Below are positions 8,001 to 16,447 of a stretch of DNA of 64,000 bases, in pieces (position 1 is the stretch's first letter; each line of letters opens with the position of its first letter). Origin of the DNA: a virus (taxonomy: Duplodnaviria; Caudoviricetes); IMG/VR virus record IMGVR_UViG_3300029288_000134, positions 22,177 through 86,176 of that record; one strand, written 5' to 3'. The position numbers and the translations under genes are program-made. The notes beneath the pieces were generated by a model. That model saw nothing but the letters and a program-made list of their open reading frames with translations. It made no database searches and was not told the origin of the DNA.

Positions 8001-9403
8001 TCGAGTCCGATACTAGATACTACCTTGACTTCGTACATTTGCGCGTTTCCATGTTTGTTGCCGCTTGCCTCAACTTCTCGTAGGTTTATAGGGCACCCAA
8101 TACTGATCAATATTATTGCTATCTCGTTCGCTAGTGTTTTAGATGCTGTTGATAGTGCAGGGTATCCATGCCTTACTGCCCCATCCGCTTCAAATAGTCC
8201 ACATAGATACGGTGCGATCATGTAGGGTGTTTGCCGTATCAATTTTGGAACGCTGGCATTTATACTAGTGGATTTTCCAAGTCCATTCATTAACAAGAAC
8301 TCTTTAACGGCACGATTATGGATTACAAGCGTTATTGATTTATCGTCCTTCTTTTGCTGTACCAGTGATGTTACCCCAAACAGTCGCTCTATAATCAATG
8401 GCATTTCTGTTATCAAATACGATTTGTGTGGTATGGATACGCCAACTCGATAATCTGTATCTCGTGATGCCACGAAGCCGTTTCCGGTAAGATACCCTAA
8501 AAAGAATGCAAATTCTGCGGTAATACGTTCTGGGAACGTTGGCCACTTTTGGTTGCCATGATAAGGTTGTGGATAAGCAAGTTGATAATCTGGATATTCG
8601 GACTGCATTCCACCCAACTTCATAACTACCCAATCTCCAGACTCAAGTTTGTCTATCCTTCTCCATATCATGCCATCGTCGGTCATGCACAGAATCTTGT
8701 GCTCGGGCGTACCACAAATGGATAGACCGCACTCTGTTGTTACTTTGAGCGTGCCACTTATTCCATTGTTGTATCCTTGAGGCGATGACTGTATTTCGTC
8801 TTGTGTGCTTACATAGAGCAGGCTAATATCTTGCCAGCCAGAAGTTTCGGCATCTACTATTTCGTCAATGTATAGCAACCCACTGCTGGTAGCAACGAGT
8901 GAATCGGTCGAGACACAACCTCCCTGGGAAATCTCCCCAAACGCTTTATCGTACACTTTGATAAAGCCACATGGACCCGTTGACTTTCCCATGCTCGAAT
9001 TTACTAGATCGTCTTTTGGTCGTAGACTAGAAAAGTCGAATCCTACACCGCCGCCAGTCTGCTGAATCAGCGCTGCATTTCTGAGCGTTCCAAAGATACT
9101 GTCTTTCCCCTTTCCAAGATCGTCTGAGATCGGCAAAACGAAACAAGCTGATAGATTGCCTAATGGCGTGCCCGCGCCAGTAAACGTAGGTGAGTTTGGT
9201 AAGAATTCTAGACTCGTCATGATGTCATAGAATTCTTGGATTGCTGGTTCTGGATCTTCTCCATAATTCTTGTCTACTTCGCCTACGGTACGAGCTACTC
9301 TCCAAAACATTCCGTCGATTGTCTCGATTGGTTTGCCATCTTCTCCGCGACGAAGATAACGTTTGGTTATAACGGTCTTGGCATTATCGGTTAGATTTAA
9401 CAT
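5015..9403 (-). CDS. nrdJ: class II (adenosylcobalamin-dependent) ribonucleotide reductase with two inteins, C-terminal TSCPD-like domain and Zn ribbon
   Basis: FLPNSPT, LSACFV, QGG|SRRGA, ATNP|CGEQPL, RRVGLGIMGLAD, SIAPTGSI, ISKTINFP, KGLTVYRQGSR, terminal CPQCG...CMNSGCGYTEC. No small-subunit gene nearby. Confidence 0.93.
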   Translation of the reverse strand: MLNLTDNAKTVITKRYLRRGEDGKPIETIDGMFWRVARTVGEVDKNYGEDPEPAIQEFYDIMTSLEFLPNSPTFTGAGTPLGNLSACFVLPISDDLGKGKDSIFGTLRNAALIQQTGGGVGFDFSSLRPKDDLVNSSMGKSTGPCGFIKVYDKAFGEISQGGCVSTDSLVATSSGLLYIDEIVDAETSGWQDISLLYVSTQDEIQSSPQGYNNGISGTLKVTTECGLSICGTPEHKILCMTDDGMIWRRIDKLESGDWVVMKLGGMQSEYPDYQLAYPQPYHGNQKWPTFPERITAEFAFFLGYLTGNGFVASRDTDYRVGVSIPHKSYLITEMPLIIERLFGVTSLVQQKKDDKSITLVIHNRAVKEFLLMNGLGKSTSINASVPKLIRQTPYMIAPYLCGLFEADGAVRHGYPALSTASKTLANEIAIILISIGCPINLREVEASGNKHGNAQMYEVKVVSSIGLDAWNSQVFCDYRSRFMKCREFTPDTNRESVYNLPNAEYWVSDVLNNTTDPVLRKKLLRYTRGDRNLTLSAYNNLHSEYDIFKAYAKPVNNLWFTQVNNITDSGKQLTLDLEVENTHSYTANGMVVHNSRRGACMGLLRCDHPDIFEFIRLKEKEGSITNFNLSVGITDEFMSAVQNNLDWDLINPRTGDTNKTIRARELYDEIVSRAWKNGEPGVIFLDAINRYNPVPHLYDIVATNPCITGDTLIATADGRSAVSIKQLAEEGNDVPVYCYGPGGMTIRTGRNPRKTRTNVEVYKVTLDDGSSFRATPDHKVMTYYGSYEPVSELVSGNELLSFSNKRDNFIEVECSCLRVVSVKSCGQEDVYNITVDDYHNYACIINSRATRYTNKPRMTGIIHRNCGEQPLGPKESCCLGSINLSKFVLPDPDHDEEPFNRIDWQHLSEVVKSGIHFLDNVIDANGYVLPELEEAAKKTRRVGLGIMGLADMLYMLRLGYDTHEARNIVDTVMGHIDNVAYVESVKLAIARGSFPAFIGSTYEDSVEGIRNSCRLSIAPTGSIATVSGCEGYGCEPVFALAYTRKMVDGDKEIEMVVGSPLFEQALTEAGIYDPIRSRILKQVAETGSCQDIPELPDKIKEVFVVASDISAEDHIKMQAVLQSNVDGAISKTINFPNSATEQDIYNGFMQAWKSECKGLTVYRQGSRDKVVLETKKTEQEKETVIPFSIDLVDKKFEIAFDNGTKLNVGILPEEDKLRGMPMNEYPIFSGEVGPSINDASIAGNQTPKRSRIPVLDGETHRVETALGTVFVTINDLEGEPYEVFVNVGKGGSDISAMAEAIGRLISLIFRLVPGDSSEKVVKVIDQLRDIGGRTSFGFGSDKVGSVPDAISQALRRYEYPDEDDGPTITWIDEPAEELNGESFGEYIKRYTENDSWVKIKGRDKQLNAKEFDEFAKSIMSQGVSISEYHSNRDICPQCGQATLVRAEGCRRCMNSGCGYTEC
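6809..7288 (-). mobile_element. intein 2 in NrdJ, 160-aa mini-intein at the active-site NPC
   Basis: Begins CITGDTLI, block B FRATPDHKV, block F VYNITVDDYHNY, ends GIIHRN, +1 Cys. Removal restores TNP-CGEQPL. No endonuclease motifs. Confidence 0.9.
7622..8917 (-). mobile_element. intein 1 in NrdJ, 432 aa, with LAGLIDADG homing endonuclease
   Basis: Begins CVSTDSLV, ends ANGMVVHN, +1 Ser. LAGLIDADG-like blocks FFLGYLTGNG and YLCGLFEADG. Removal restores QGG-SRRGA. Confidence 0.92.
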
Positions 9404-9561
9404 TACTTACCCTTCCTATCATTTCGTTCTTCTCTTGACTTGTCTAGCTCGTGTTGTATTTCCTGGCGAGATTCTTCTACTCGCCGTTGTGTTTCCTCGC
9501 GAGTTTCCTTAACGCGCTTTTGCAGTTCTTCTTCGAACTCCGTATTTTTATTCTGGCTCAT
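9403..9561 (-). CDS. 52-aa charged coiled-coil protein (MSQNKNTEFEEELQKRVKETREETQRRVEE...), not in the ORF track
   Basis: Translated by hand; GAGG RBS; TAATG coupling to the nrdJ start. Confidence 0.6.
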   Translation of the reverse strand: MSQNKNTEFEEELQKRVKETREETQRRVEESRQEIQHELDKSREERNDRKGK

Positions 9562-9748
9562 TTTCTTCCTCTTTTATAGCTACTAGCCGTGAATGTGGCA
9601 CTATAATCTTGTGCAACATAACATTTCCAGTAAGCCTTATCTGATACTTCTTGTTAGACAGTATTCTTGATATTGTTCCAGACATATTGCTGTATAGACT
9701 ACCGTCGTCTTTTACTTTTACCTTGTCGCCTACATTGAAATTTGCCAT
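9548..9748 (-). CDS. small KOW/SH3-like protein
   Basis: FNVGDKVKV...GTISRI pattern. Confidence 0.5.
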   Translation of the reverse strand: MANFNVGDKVKVKDDGSLYSNMSGTISRILSNKKYQIRLTGNVMLHKIIVPHSRLVAIKEEENEPE

Positions 9749-10503
9749 TACTCTGCATACTCCACATTATCCCAATCGTTTTCTAGGACATAGTATGTTC
9801 TTACAGATAGAGTTGGGACTTTTTCTGCCAGTTGATAATAATACTTCTTCCCTGCACCTGCATTATATACCTGTTCGTTTCCTGTCGGGATATACCCATC
9901 TTCGATTATTCTTTTTAGCAATGCCGCGCTTGGATTGACAAAAAGACATCTTGAGTCAATGCCGAGTGTCAGCATTTTATAGTTTATCGCAATGCTATCT
10001 TTTGTCTTGGCCTTTACCTTTTCCCTGAACCAGTCCATATTAATCCCTTCAGGGAAAACCGGATCATGTCGTCTAGATGGGTCAATCTCTCCGTGTCCTA
10101 CAACGTTATCTACATTTATCCCGAGCCTAATACATGCCTCCGCTACTCGCTCGATACCGATATTTATTACGTCTCCAGGAACAACACTGTTACTTTCTTG
10201 ATAAAGCTCAATCCCCCAAGTTGATTCATTGGCGTCAACTGGATCAATCCCTGGCAAGTTTACTGTTGCTGATTCGCAATGATGTGCTGCGAGTTCGTCA
10301 CGCACCATACGATATACTTTTCTTCCCGGAAGAACTAGCTCGTGTACGCTTACCTTTGGGCTGTTTGGCCCCGCAAGGTATTTCGCTGTATCGTATGGGT
10401 TACCATCAGGTGCGGATGCGGTAGAATGCACTACTATGTATTTTATTTTTCTACCGCGCCTGGGACTGTTGTGAGAACTCCAAAAATCAATTATTTCCGT
10501 CAT
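9748..10503 (-). CDS. N-acetylmuramoyl-L-alanine amidase (Amidase_2) with an uncharacterised C-terminal domain
   Basis: IKYIVVHSTA, SVHELV, AHH, WGIEL, VVGHGEIDPSRRHDP. AAGGAG RBS gives a start at 10503 (MTEIIDFW). Confidence 0.85.
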   Translation of the reverse strand: MTEIIDFWSSHNSPRRGRKIKYIVVHSTASAPDGNPYDTAKYLAGPNSPKVSVHELVLPGRKVYRMVRDELAAHHCESATVNLPGIDPVDANESTWGIELYQESNSVVPGDVINIGIERVAEACIRLGINVDNVVGHGEIDPSRRHDPVFPEGINMDWFREKVKAKTKDSIAINYKMLTLGIDSRCLFVNPSAALLKRIIEDGYIPTGNEQVYNAGAGKKYYYQLAEKVPTLSVRTYYVLENDWDNVEYAE

Positions 10504-10904
10504 TTCGTCTCCTTTTCTCGCATGAGCCAGTATGCAACATAGTTTTGATCTAATTCGTCTATGCCAATAAATCTCCACCCATCAGATCCAACTTCGTTCA
10601 ATGCACGTTCTCGATTTCCAAAGGGATTATCTTTCCTGGATATATAGTACGTGTATTCGTATTCCTTTAGACCATTTTCAGAGCAACAAATCCCAGTTGT
10701 TACTGGGCCTATGCTTGATTCGTCTTCGTCGCGATAACGGCGTTCTATATTATCGGCTTCTAGTCTCTTTGCAATTTGTTCAATGAGTTCTGGTTTGTTA
10801 TGGGCAACTGAGCTAGACATGTGAGTTATGCCTACCAACGATACGATAGATTCTGAAATGATATACCCATTATCCACTTCTTCTACCGTGAATGTTGTCT
10901 TCAT
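10500..10904 (-). CDS. hypothetical protein with DUF4177-like C-terminus
   Basis: YEYTYY...ERALNEVGSDGWRFIG matches the YEY...LN..G.EGWELV pattern. Confidence 0.55.
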   Translation of the reverse strand: MKTTFTVEEVDNGYIISESIVSLVGITHMSSSVAHNKPELIEQIAKRLEADNIERRYRDEDESSIGPVTTGICCSENGLKEYEYTYYISRKDNPFGNRERALNEVGSDGWRFIGIDELDQNYVAYWLMREKETK

Positions 10905-11302
10905 TTTGTCTCCTTTTCTTGCACAGATTCATTAGGAAACCAATTTGGCATCGTGTCTTTTGCACCAGTAAGTCTCCATTTATCAGACTCAAGTGTATTT
11001 AGCGCGTTCAGTAATTCATGAAAAGATTTCTCTGTTATTGGAAGGAAATACGTGTGATCGTATTCGTGTTTCTTTGACAATGATGCTGTCGCGACAACAA
11101 TAAACTCGTCATCATTGTTTTCAACGTCAGAATCAATATCTATATTTTTTCCTTCAAGATACTTGATAAGTGCCGTTACAAGCTCTTGATCTGTTTCGAA
11201 TCTCTCTCTATTATTGATAGTAGTGTCCCATGCCTGACCTAACGTAGTTTCATATAAGGTATACCTGCCTTTTGCTTTGTCTATTACAAACGCTGTTTTC
11301 AT
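10901..11302 (-). CDS. probable paralogue of 10500..10904 (DUF4177-like C-terminus)
   Basis: Starts MKTAF (neighbour starts MKTTF); HEYDHTY...LNALNTLESDKWRLTG. Confidence 0.5.
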   Translation of the reverse strand: MKTAFVIDKAKGRYTLYETTLGQAWDTTINNRERFETDQELVTALIKYLEGKNIDIDSDVENNDDEFIVVATASLSKKHEYDHTYFLPITEKSFHELLNALNTLESDKWRLTGAKDTMPNWFPNESVQEKETK

Positions 11303-12021
11303 TTTGTCTCCTTTGGCAAAAGCCATTCTGGTCCAAATTTGTGTAAGTAAGATAGAATATACTCAACTGCGTTATCTACCGTAATGTTGTGACTAGGATC
11401 TACCGTAAATATATCCTCTCCTTTTCCGATGAGAAATTCGAGTGCTTTCCTGTACCTAATTATCATATCATCATAATGAAACGATGACTCAAGGCGATCC
11501 TCTAGTAAAATCCCAAAAGTGAGCATGTGCTTTTTTCGCTTGTCTATGGCCTCATTTATTTGCTCGCGGGTACGATACAAGACAAAGGTCATATTCGGTT
11601 GTATTGCATCCTGATTCATTTCATAGATTTCTTCCATTGATAGGTTCTCGCCACTCTGGTAAGCCAGTGATGACATGATGTAGCGGTCACATATAACAAT
11701 TGATGTTCTGTTTCTATTGGCGTCATGTCCCAAACTCGGCATAATCATTTCTGTGCAATGCACAAGTCTATTTGTCGCAAATATCACGGCTTGTGTATGA
11801 CCTGATACAACTAACTTGCCTTCTCGTATTAATTGTATTAGATTGTACGAGCCATCAATCTCAAACTCACGCCCATCATAAGGTTCTTTGGTAAGATATA
11901 CGCGATTTCTATGCTTCCTTTCTAATTTTTTCCATAATGCTCGGGATACTTCTGTTTTTCCTACACCATCCATTCCCTCTATTACTATGAAAAATGCCTT
12001 GTTTGGATCTACCGTTTCCAT
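11299..12021 (-). CDS. tmk: thymidylate (dTMP) kinase
   Basis: P-loop FIVIEGMDGVGKT, TKEP, ICDRYIMSSLAYQ. Confidence 0.9.
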   Translation of the reverse strand: METVDPNKAFFIVIEGMDGVGKTEVSRALWKKLERKHRNRVYLTKEPYDGREFEIDGSYNLIQLIREGKLVVSGHTQAVIFATNRLVHCTEMIMPSLGHDANRNRTSIVICDRYIMSSLAYQSGENLSMEEIYEMNQDAIQPNMTFVLYRTREQINEAIDKRKKHMLTFGILLEDRLESSFHYDDMIIRYRKALEFLIGKGEDIFTVDPSHNITVDNAVEYILSYLHKFGPEWLLPKETK

Positions 12022-12551
12022 TATGCAATCATCCCTTCGTTGCTTTTTGTAACAGTTACGTTTCCATACTCATCAACGGTTATAGCTATAAAATTATCAC
12101 GCTTTGACCAATAATACAAAATGTATAACAACAAGCCAATCCCGCTGATGGTAAGTATACTTGCCCATATACAAGAAAATCTGCGCTCCCTTTTCATGAA
12201 TAACGTGAAATCATCCACCTGACTAGTAACTTCGTACCCCTGGTCGATATACGCAAGCATACAGTCAATTAGAATATCCATTCGCTCCCTTGCTTGTAAC
12301 GGCACACTCAATTTCGAGCCAGTGCGCATTTCTGATTGCCGAAGATACTTCCCGGAAATGACATCGTGCGCGTATGCACTTAATATACATATTACTGCGG
12401 CTGCGCAAGTAATATAGACTAACAAACTAGCAGGAACGTATAATGATTCGACAATACACGCTCCTAACAATGCGAATCCGATTGTGTACATCAATCTACT
12501 ACCATAGAGATACTTCTTGAGGTAATTCCAGACCATGCGAGGTTCAATCAT
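12021..12551 (-). CDS. multi-pass membrane protein
   Basis: Three hydrophobic segments; GGGAG RBS before the ATG at 12551. Confidence 0.6.
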   Translation of the reverse strand: MIEPRMVWNYLKKYLYGSRLMYTIGFALLGACIVESLYVPASLLVYITCAAAVICILSAYAHDVISGKYLRQSEMRTGSKLSVPLQARERMDILIDCMLAYIDQGYEVTSQVDDFTLFMKRERRFSCIWASILTISGIGLLLYILYYWSKRDNFIAITVDEYGNVTVTKSNEGMIA

Positions 12552-12572
12552 TATGCTCTCCCTTGCTATCAA

Positions 12573-12635
12573 TGAAATAAGAATGCAAACATGAGGAAAC
12601 TGGGCCGCCAGTTTATGAATTGCATTCTTATTTCA
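12573..12635. other. long hairpin / dyad in the leader of the leftward operon
   Basis: Perfect 16-bp inverted repeat tgaaataagaatgcaa (12573-12588) / ttgcattcttatttca (12620-12635), enclosing a second stem aaactgg-gccg-ccagttt. Confidence 0.75.
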
Positions 12636-12663
12636 AGGTGCATTATTTGATTTGATTGTGCTC

Positions 12664-12692
12664 ATTATACCAGATTCACGGAGATAAGTCAA
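12664..12692 (-). promoter_or_regulatory. sigma70-type promoter for the leftward operon
   Basis: TTGACT-17 bp-TATAAT on the minus strand. Confidence 0.7.
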
Positions 12693-12696
12693 GTGT

Positions 12697-12725
12697 TTGA
12701 CGTTTTCTATGTAACAGTATAGAAT
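12697..12725 (+). promoter_or_regulatory. sigma70-type promoter for terminase/portal
   Basis: TTGACG-17 bp-TAGAAT, 27 nt upstream of the terL ATG. Confidence 0.7.
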
Positions 12726-12752
12726 GCTATCATCACATAATAAGAAGAATAG

Positions 12753-14348
12753 ATGCCATCACCGTTTAGTCTATCTATTGTTGATTCATTTTCAGAGCAA
12801 GAAGTAACCCGTTTAGCAGCTATGCTAAAGGTAGTTGACGACCCCTGGCATGGTGATGGCTGGTTGCCCCGAGATGATGGTTGGAAATATAACCCCTCTG
12901 CCCCTGTACTTGAGTTTTTAGAAAGCCCTGCTCGCTATACTCTTATTGCCGGTGCTCGTGGTTCTGGAAAAACTGCTGGCGGTGCGCAAAAGGCATTCAA
13001 GCGTATACGCAAGGGACTGGACGGAATCGTGCTTTCCCCTTCTATCCCTCACTTCAATACATCCACGCGAGAAGAATTTTGGAAATGGATTCCTTGGGAC
13101 CACGTTGATCATCATTATAAAACAGATAAGATGATCGAGTTTGATACAGGTTCAAAAGTTTACTATGGTGGTATTGAGGACGAGGATAGATGGCGCGGTC
13201 CTAACGTCAATTGGCTATGGTTTGACGAGGCTGCACGCAAGCCAGACAACAAGGCGTGGCTAGTCGCTATCGGTGGCGTGCGTGTTGGCGAAAATCCCGC
13301 TGCTTGGATTACCACTACTCCCAGAGGAAAGAACCACTGGATTTACAATATGTTCATCAAGCAAGAGGTTGATGAGGTTACGCGATCTCTTCTTGACGAG
13401 ATAGGATTCAGTGGAAAACTTTACGAGCATTTCTTTGTATCTATCTTTGACAATAAAGCTAATCTTGACCCCATGTTCCTTGCCTCAATGCTTAGTTCGT
13501 ATACGGGCAAATTCAGAGAACAAGAAATCATGGGCAAGTTTGTTGACTTCAATGGCGAGATTATTAGCCGAGATGCATTTGGCGAGATTGATGCTAAAGA
13601 GATGCCTCCAGTAACTAGCAGGGTTAGATTCTGGGACTTGGCGGCAACAGAGAAAAAACAAGGTGGTTCAGAGGATCCTGACTGGCTCGCTGGCGGGAAA
13701 GTATCACGCACGGCCAACGGGGTATTTTATATTGAGCATATTGAACATGCCCGACTTGATCCCGCTGATGTGGAAACTCGAATAAGGGGAATTGCCCTGA
13801 AGGATGGTATCAATACCGAGATAGGTTTCGAGCAAGAACCTGGTGCGTCTGGCAAGTCGATGGTAAGCGTATATGTTAGAATGCTTGCGGGATTATCAAA
13901 GAAAATCAGGGGATATAGATTGTCAGGAGATAGACTTGCGGCTGCAATGCCCTGGTTCAGTCAGGCTATGGCAGGGAATGTGAAAGTTGTTAAGGGTAAG
14001 TGGAATGAGCCGTTCTATGAAGAATTAGAAAGTTTCCCTGCCGGAGCACACGACGACATGGTAACTTCTCTAAACGGTGCGTTCATGATGCTTTTCCCGA
14101 AATACCGTGAAGAGTTAAGGAAGTATCAGGCAACGGGTGGCACAAGGACATTTATTGATAATCAGGGCGAAGATAGCCCGTATAAGCCCAGAATAAGACA
14201 ACGAGGTTCTGTTCAGTCATCGGAGAGGATGGGTGCGCCCAGAGTCGCAGTTGACCGTACTGAAACTGATTGGCGGTTTTTTGTATCACGAAGAGCAAAG
14301 TTGCCGTTTGATCGCCTGTTTAATAAGGGAGGCGAAAGGAATATATAA
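12753..14348 (+). CDS. terL: terminase large subunit
   Basis: Walker A IAGARGSGKT, Walker B WLWFDEAA, TTTP, nuclease RFWDLAAT, FEQEPGASGK, HDDMVTSL. Confidence 0.92.
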   Translation: MPSPFSLSIVDSFSEQEVTRLAAMLKVVDDPWHGDGWLPRDDGWKYNPSAPVLEFLESPARYTLIAGARGSGKTAGGAQKAFKRIRKGLDGIVLSPSIPHFNTSTREEFWKWIPWDHVDHHYKTDKMIEFDTGSKVYYGGIEDEDRWRGPNVNWLWFDEAARKPDNKAWLVAIGGVRVGENPAAWITTTPRGKNHWIYNMFIKQEVDEVTRSLLDEIGFSGKLYEHFFVSIFDNKANLDPMFLASMLSSYTGKFREQEIMGKFVDFNGEIISRDAFGEIDAKEMPPVTSRVRFWDLAATEKKQGGSEDPDWLAGGKVSRTANGVFYIEHIEHARLDPADVETRIRGIALKDGINTEIGFEQEPGASGKSMVSVYVRMLAGLSKKIRGYRLSGDRLAAAMPWFSQAMAGNVKVVKGKWNEPFYEELESFPAGAHDDMVTSLNGAFMMLFPKYREELRKYQATGGTRTFIDNQGEDSPYKPRIRQRGSVQSSERMGAPRVAVDRTETDWRFFVSRRAKLPFDRLFNKGGERNI

Positions 14349-16018
14349 TGGATTTAATGCCTAAGTTCTTATCTACATATCTAGAAGAGCGTGTAGACAA
14401 GTCAGTTGCGCTTGCTATCAAGCAAGAAGCAGATATTGTGCAGCTAGCAAATAAGGTCAAGTTCTCGCGGCCTGCTCCTAGTTTTATCGAGAAGACAGAG
14501 CTAGGTCTAGATATATCATCGCCAAGAGCTTCTCTAGGTAAATTAGGCGAGTACAAACCAGATGACATTTCTTCTGAGCAGATTGAGGCTATGCGCAAGA
14601 ATGGCATGGTTAAATTCGCGATGGGTATCATTAAATCTCCTGTCATGGGCATTGCTCGCTCTAACCCTGGCGAGGAATGGAGCATGGAGTGTGATAGCGA
14701 GAGACTAAAGAAACTTGCGACGCGCAACTTCAAGTCTATCCGTATGAGTCTTGTGCCACATCAGCTTACCAGCTTGGATTACGGCTTTGCAGTAGGCGAA
14801 AAGGTGTGGAAGTACGAGAGTGGCTCTAAGTTTGGCTCAGATAACAAGAAGTATGTATCGCTAAAGCAGATTAAGCCTAATCACCCAAACACTATTGAGA
14901 TACTCCGCTTAGAGGAAAATGATAAGGCCACTGGAAGGTTCAAGGGTGATTTTGATGGGTATCTTCAGAAGTTGCCAACCAGCAGAGATACAGTACACGT
15001 AAAATATAACGATGCGTTTATCCAGACACATGACAAGGGAAATGTATTTGGGAATCTATACGGAAGTAGTGTTTTGGTATCCGTGTTCCCATTTTGGTAT
15101 TGGTACGAGGTTGTAACGCGGGCGCTTCTTCGTTATCTTGAGCGCAGGGGAACGCCTGTAGTTGTTGTATACGCTCCGTCCAGTGGAACATTATATAACT
15201 CGGAAGACACTGAAATTGCTACGATGGATTATGCGCTTCAGATAGCAATGGATATTGCTCGAACAACTGCCGTCGCATTGCCATCTGACGTTGACCCCGA
15301 GACAAAACAACCTCTTTGGCGAGTTGAGTATCTTCTTGATGATCAACGAGCAGATCAATTCATGGAGGTGATAAAGTGGCTCGGAGAGAAGATCCTAGAG
15401 TCTATTGGTGTTCCCGTGCGTGTAGTGTCTGAACAATCTGGTGGAAGTGCTGCTTATACAGCATATCAGACCAACCTAGACGTGTTTTTGCAGACCGTAG
15501 AGGATATTCTTGATGAGGTTGTTCGACATATCAACTCTTACATTTTGCCAGATTTGGCACGTTACAATTTTGGACAGAATACACCAGAGGTCAATCTGCG
15601 TACCACTGGTATTGACCGCTCTAAATTCAAGCGATTCATCGAGTTAATTGACAGAATGGTTGCAGCAGGAATTGATGTAGGCGTGGATGGCAGGGAAATG
15701 GCTAAGAGTTTGGGGATTCCGGTTTTGCCAGAGGGCGAATCTATGTTGCCGCCCGTACCTACGGCTCCCGCTGCTGCTTCGCCAAGCGCTCCAACTGTTG
15801 GTCATGCTCCTGGTACTGGCAAGGGCGTGAAACAAGGTCCGGTAAGTCAGCGTAAGGGACCGCCAAGGAAGAGTACTACTAAAATGTCTATGGAAATGGA
15901 TACTGAGGAATTGATTAGATTCATAGAAATGCGTGAAAAGGAAGGTAAGCCAATACCGTTTTCGATTGATGATATAGAAAGGGCGGAAAATGCAAGAGTT
16001 CAAGATAGTAATTCATGA
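14348..16018 (+). CDS. portal protein (DUF935 / Mu gp29-like)
   Basis: Directly follows terL. SLDYGFAVGEKVW, GNLYGSSVL..VFPFWYW, LERRGTPVV pattern; Pro/Ala/Gly-rich C-terminal tail. Confidence 0.8.
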   Translation: MDLMPKFLSTYLEERVDKSVALAIKQEADIVQLANKVKFSRPAPSFIEKTELGLDISSPRASLGKLGEYKPDDISSEQIEAMRKNGMVKFAMGIIKSPVMGIARSNPGEEWSMECDSERLKKLATRNFKSIRMSLVPHQLTSLDYGFAVGEKVWKYESGSKFGSDNKKYVSLKQIKPNHPNTIEILRLEENDKATGRFKGDFDGYLQKLPTSRDTVHVKYNDAFIQTHDKGNVFGNLYGSSVLVSVFPFWYWYEVVTRALLRYLERRGTPVVVVYAPSSGTLYNSEDTEIATMDYALQIAMDIARTTAVALPSDVDPETKQPLWRVEYLLDDQRADQFMEVIKWLGEKILESIGVPVRVVSEQSGGSAAYTAYQTNLDVFLQTVEDILDEVVRHINSYILPDLARYNFGQNTPEVNLRTTGIDRSKFKRFIELIDRMVAAGIDVGVDGREMAKSLGIPVLPEGESMLPPVPTAPAAASPSAPTVGHAPGTGKGVKQGPVSQRKGPPRKSTTKMSMEMDTEELIRFIEMREKEGKPIPFSIDDIERAENARVQDSNS

Positions 16019-16205
16019 TGATGGCAAGATAGAATTTGCAGTCCCAGAAGACGTGCTTGGATTTATCTCTTATATAATTAGTGCCCTGGCTTTAAGTGAT
16101 AGCTTCTTGAAACAAGAAGGTTTGCCAAGCGAGACAAATAACAACGTAATGGAGGTTTTGCAATGTGTGCGCAGCGCTATGCAGTCAAAAGCAAGTCAAA
16201 CGTAG
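15990..16205 (+). CDS. hypothetical protein
   Basis: 71-aa ORF overlapping the portal end. Confidence 0.45.
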   Translation: MQEFKIVIHDDGKIEFAVPEDVLGFISYIISALALSDSFLKQEGLPSETNNNVMEVLQCVRSAMQSKASQT

Positions 16206-16447
16206 GTCCGAGAGCTAATACGAATGTCGAGGAAGCTATTGCAGTAAATCTACGCAAGCTAGTTTCGCGTCAATATGGTGATATATCGTTGCGTTCTATT
16301 GAAGCTACCGAAATTGCCATATTGAAAGCAACGCGACAGATTATCAGCGACTTGAATACACTTGCTACACAGCAAGTTTCCGAAAAGGAGAATACGAATG
16401 GCAAGAGGGGAACGATTCGCAAAAACACTGACGAAGCAACTGAGTAA
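16163..16447 (+). CDS. hypothetical protein
   Basis: ORF in the gene chain; start uncertain. Confidence 0.4.
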   Translation: MCAQRYAVKSKSNVGPRANTNVEEAIAVNLRKLVSRQYGDISLRSIEATEIAILKATRQIISDLNTLATQQVSEKENTNGKRGTIRKNTDEATE

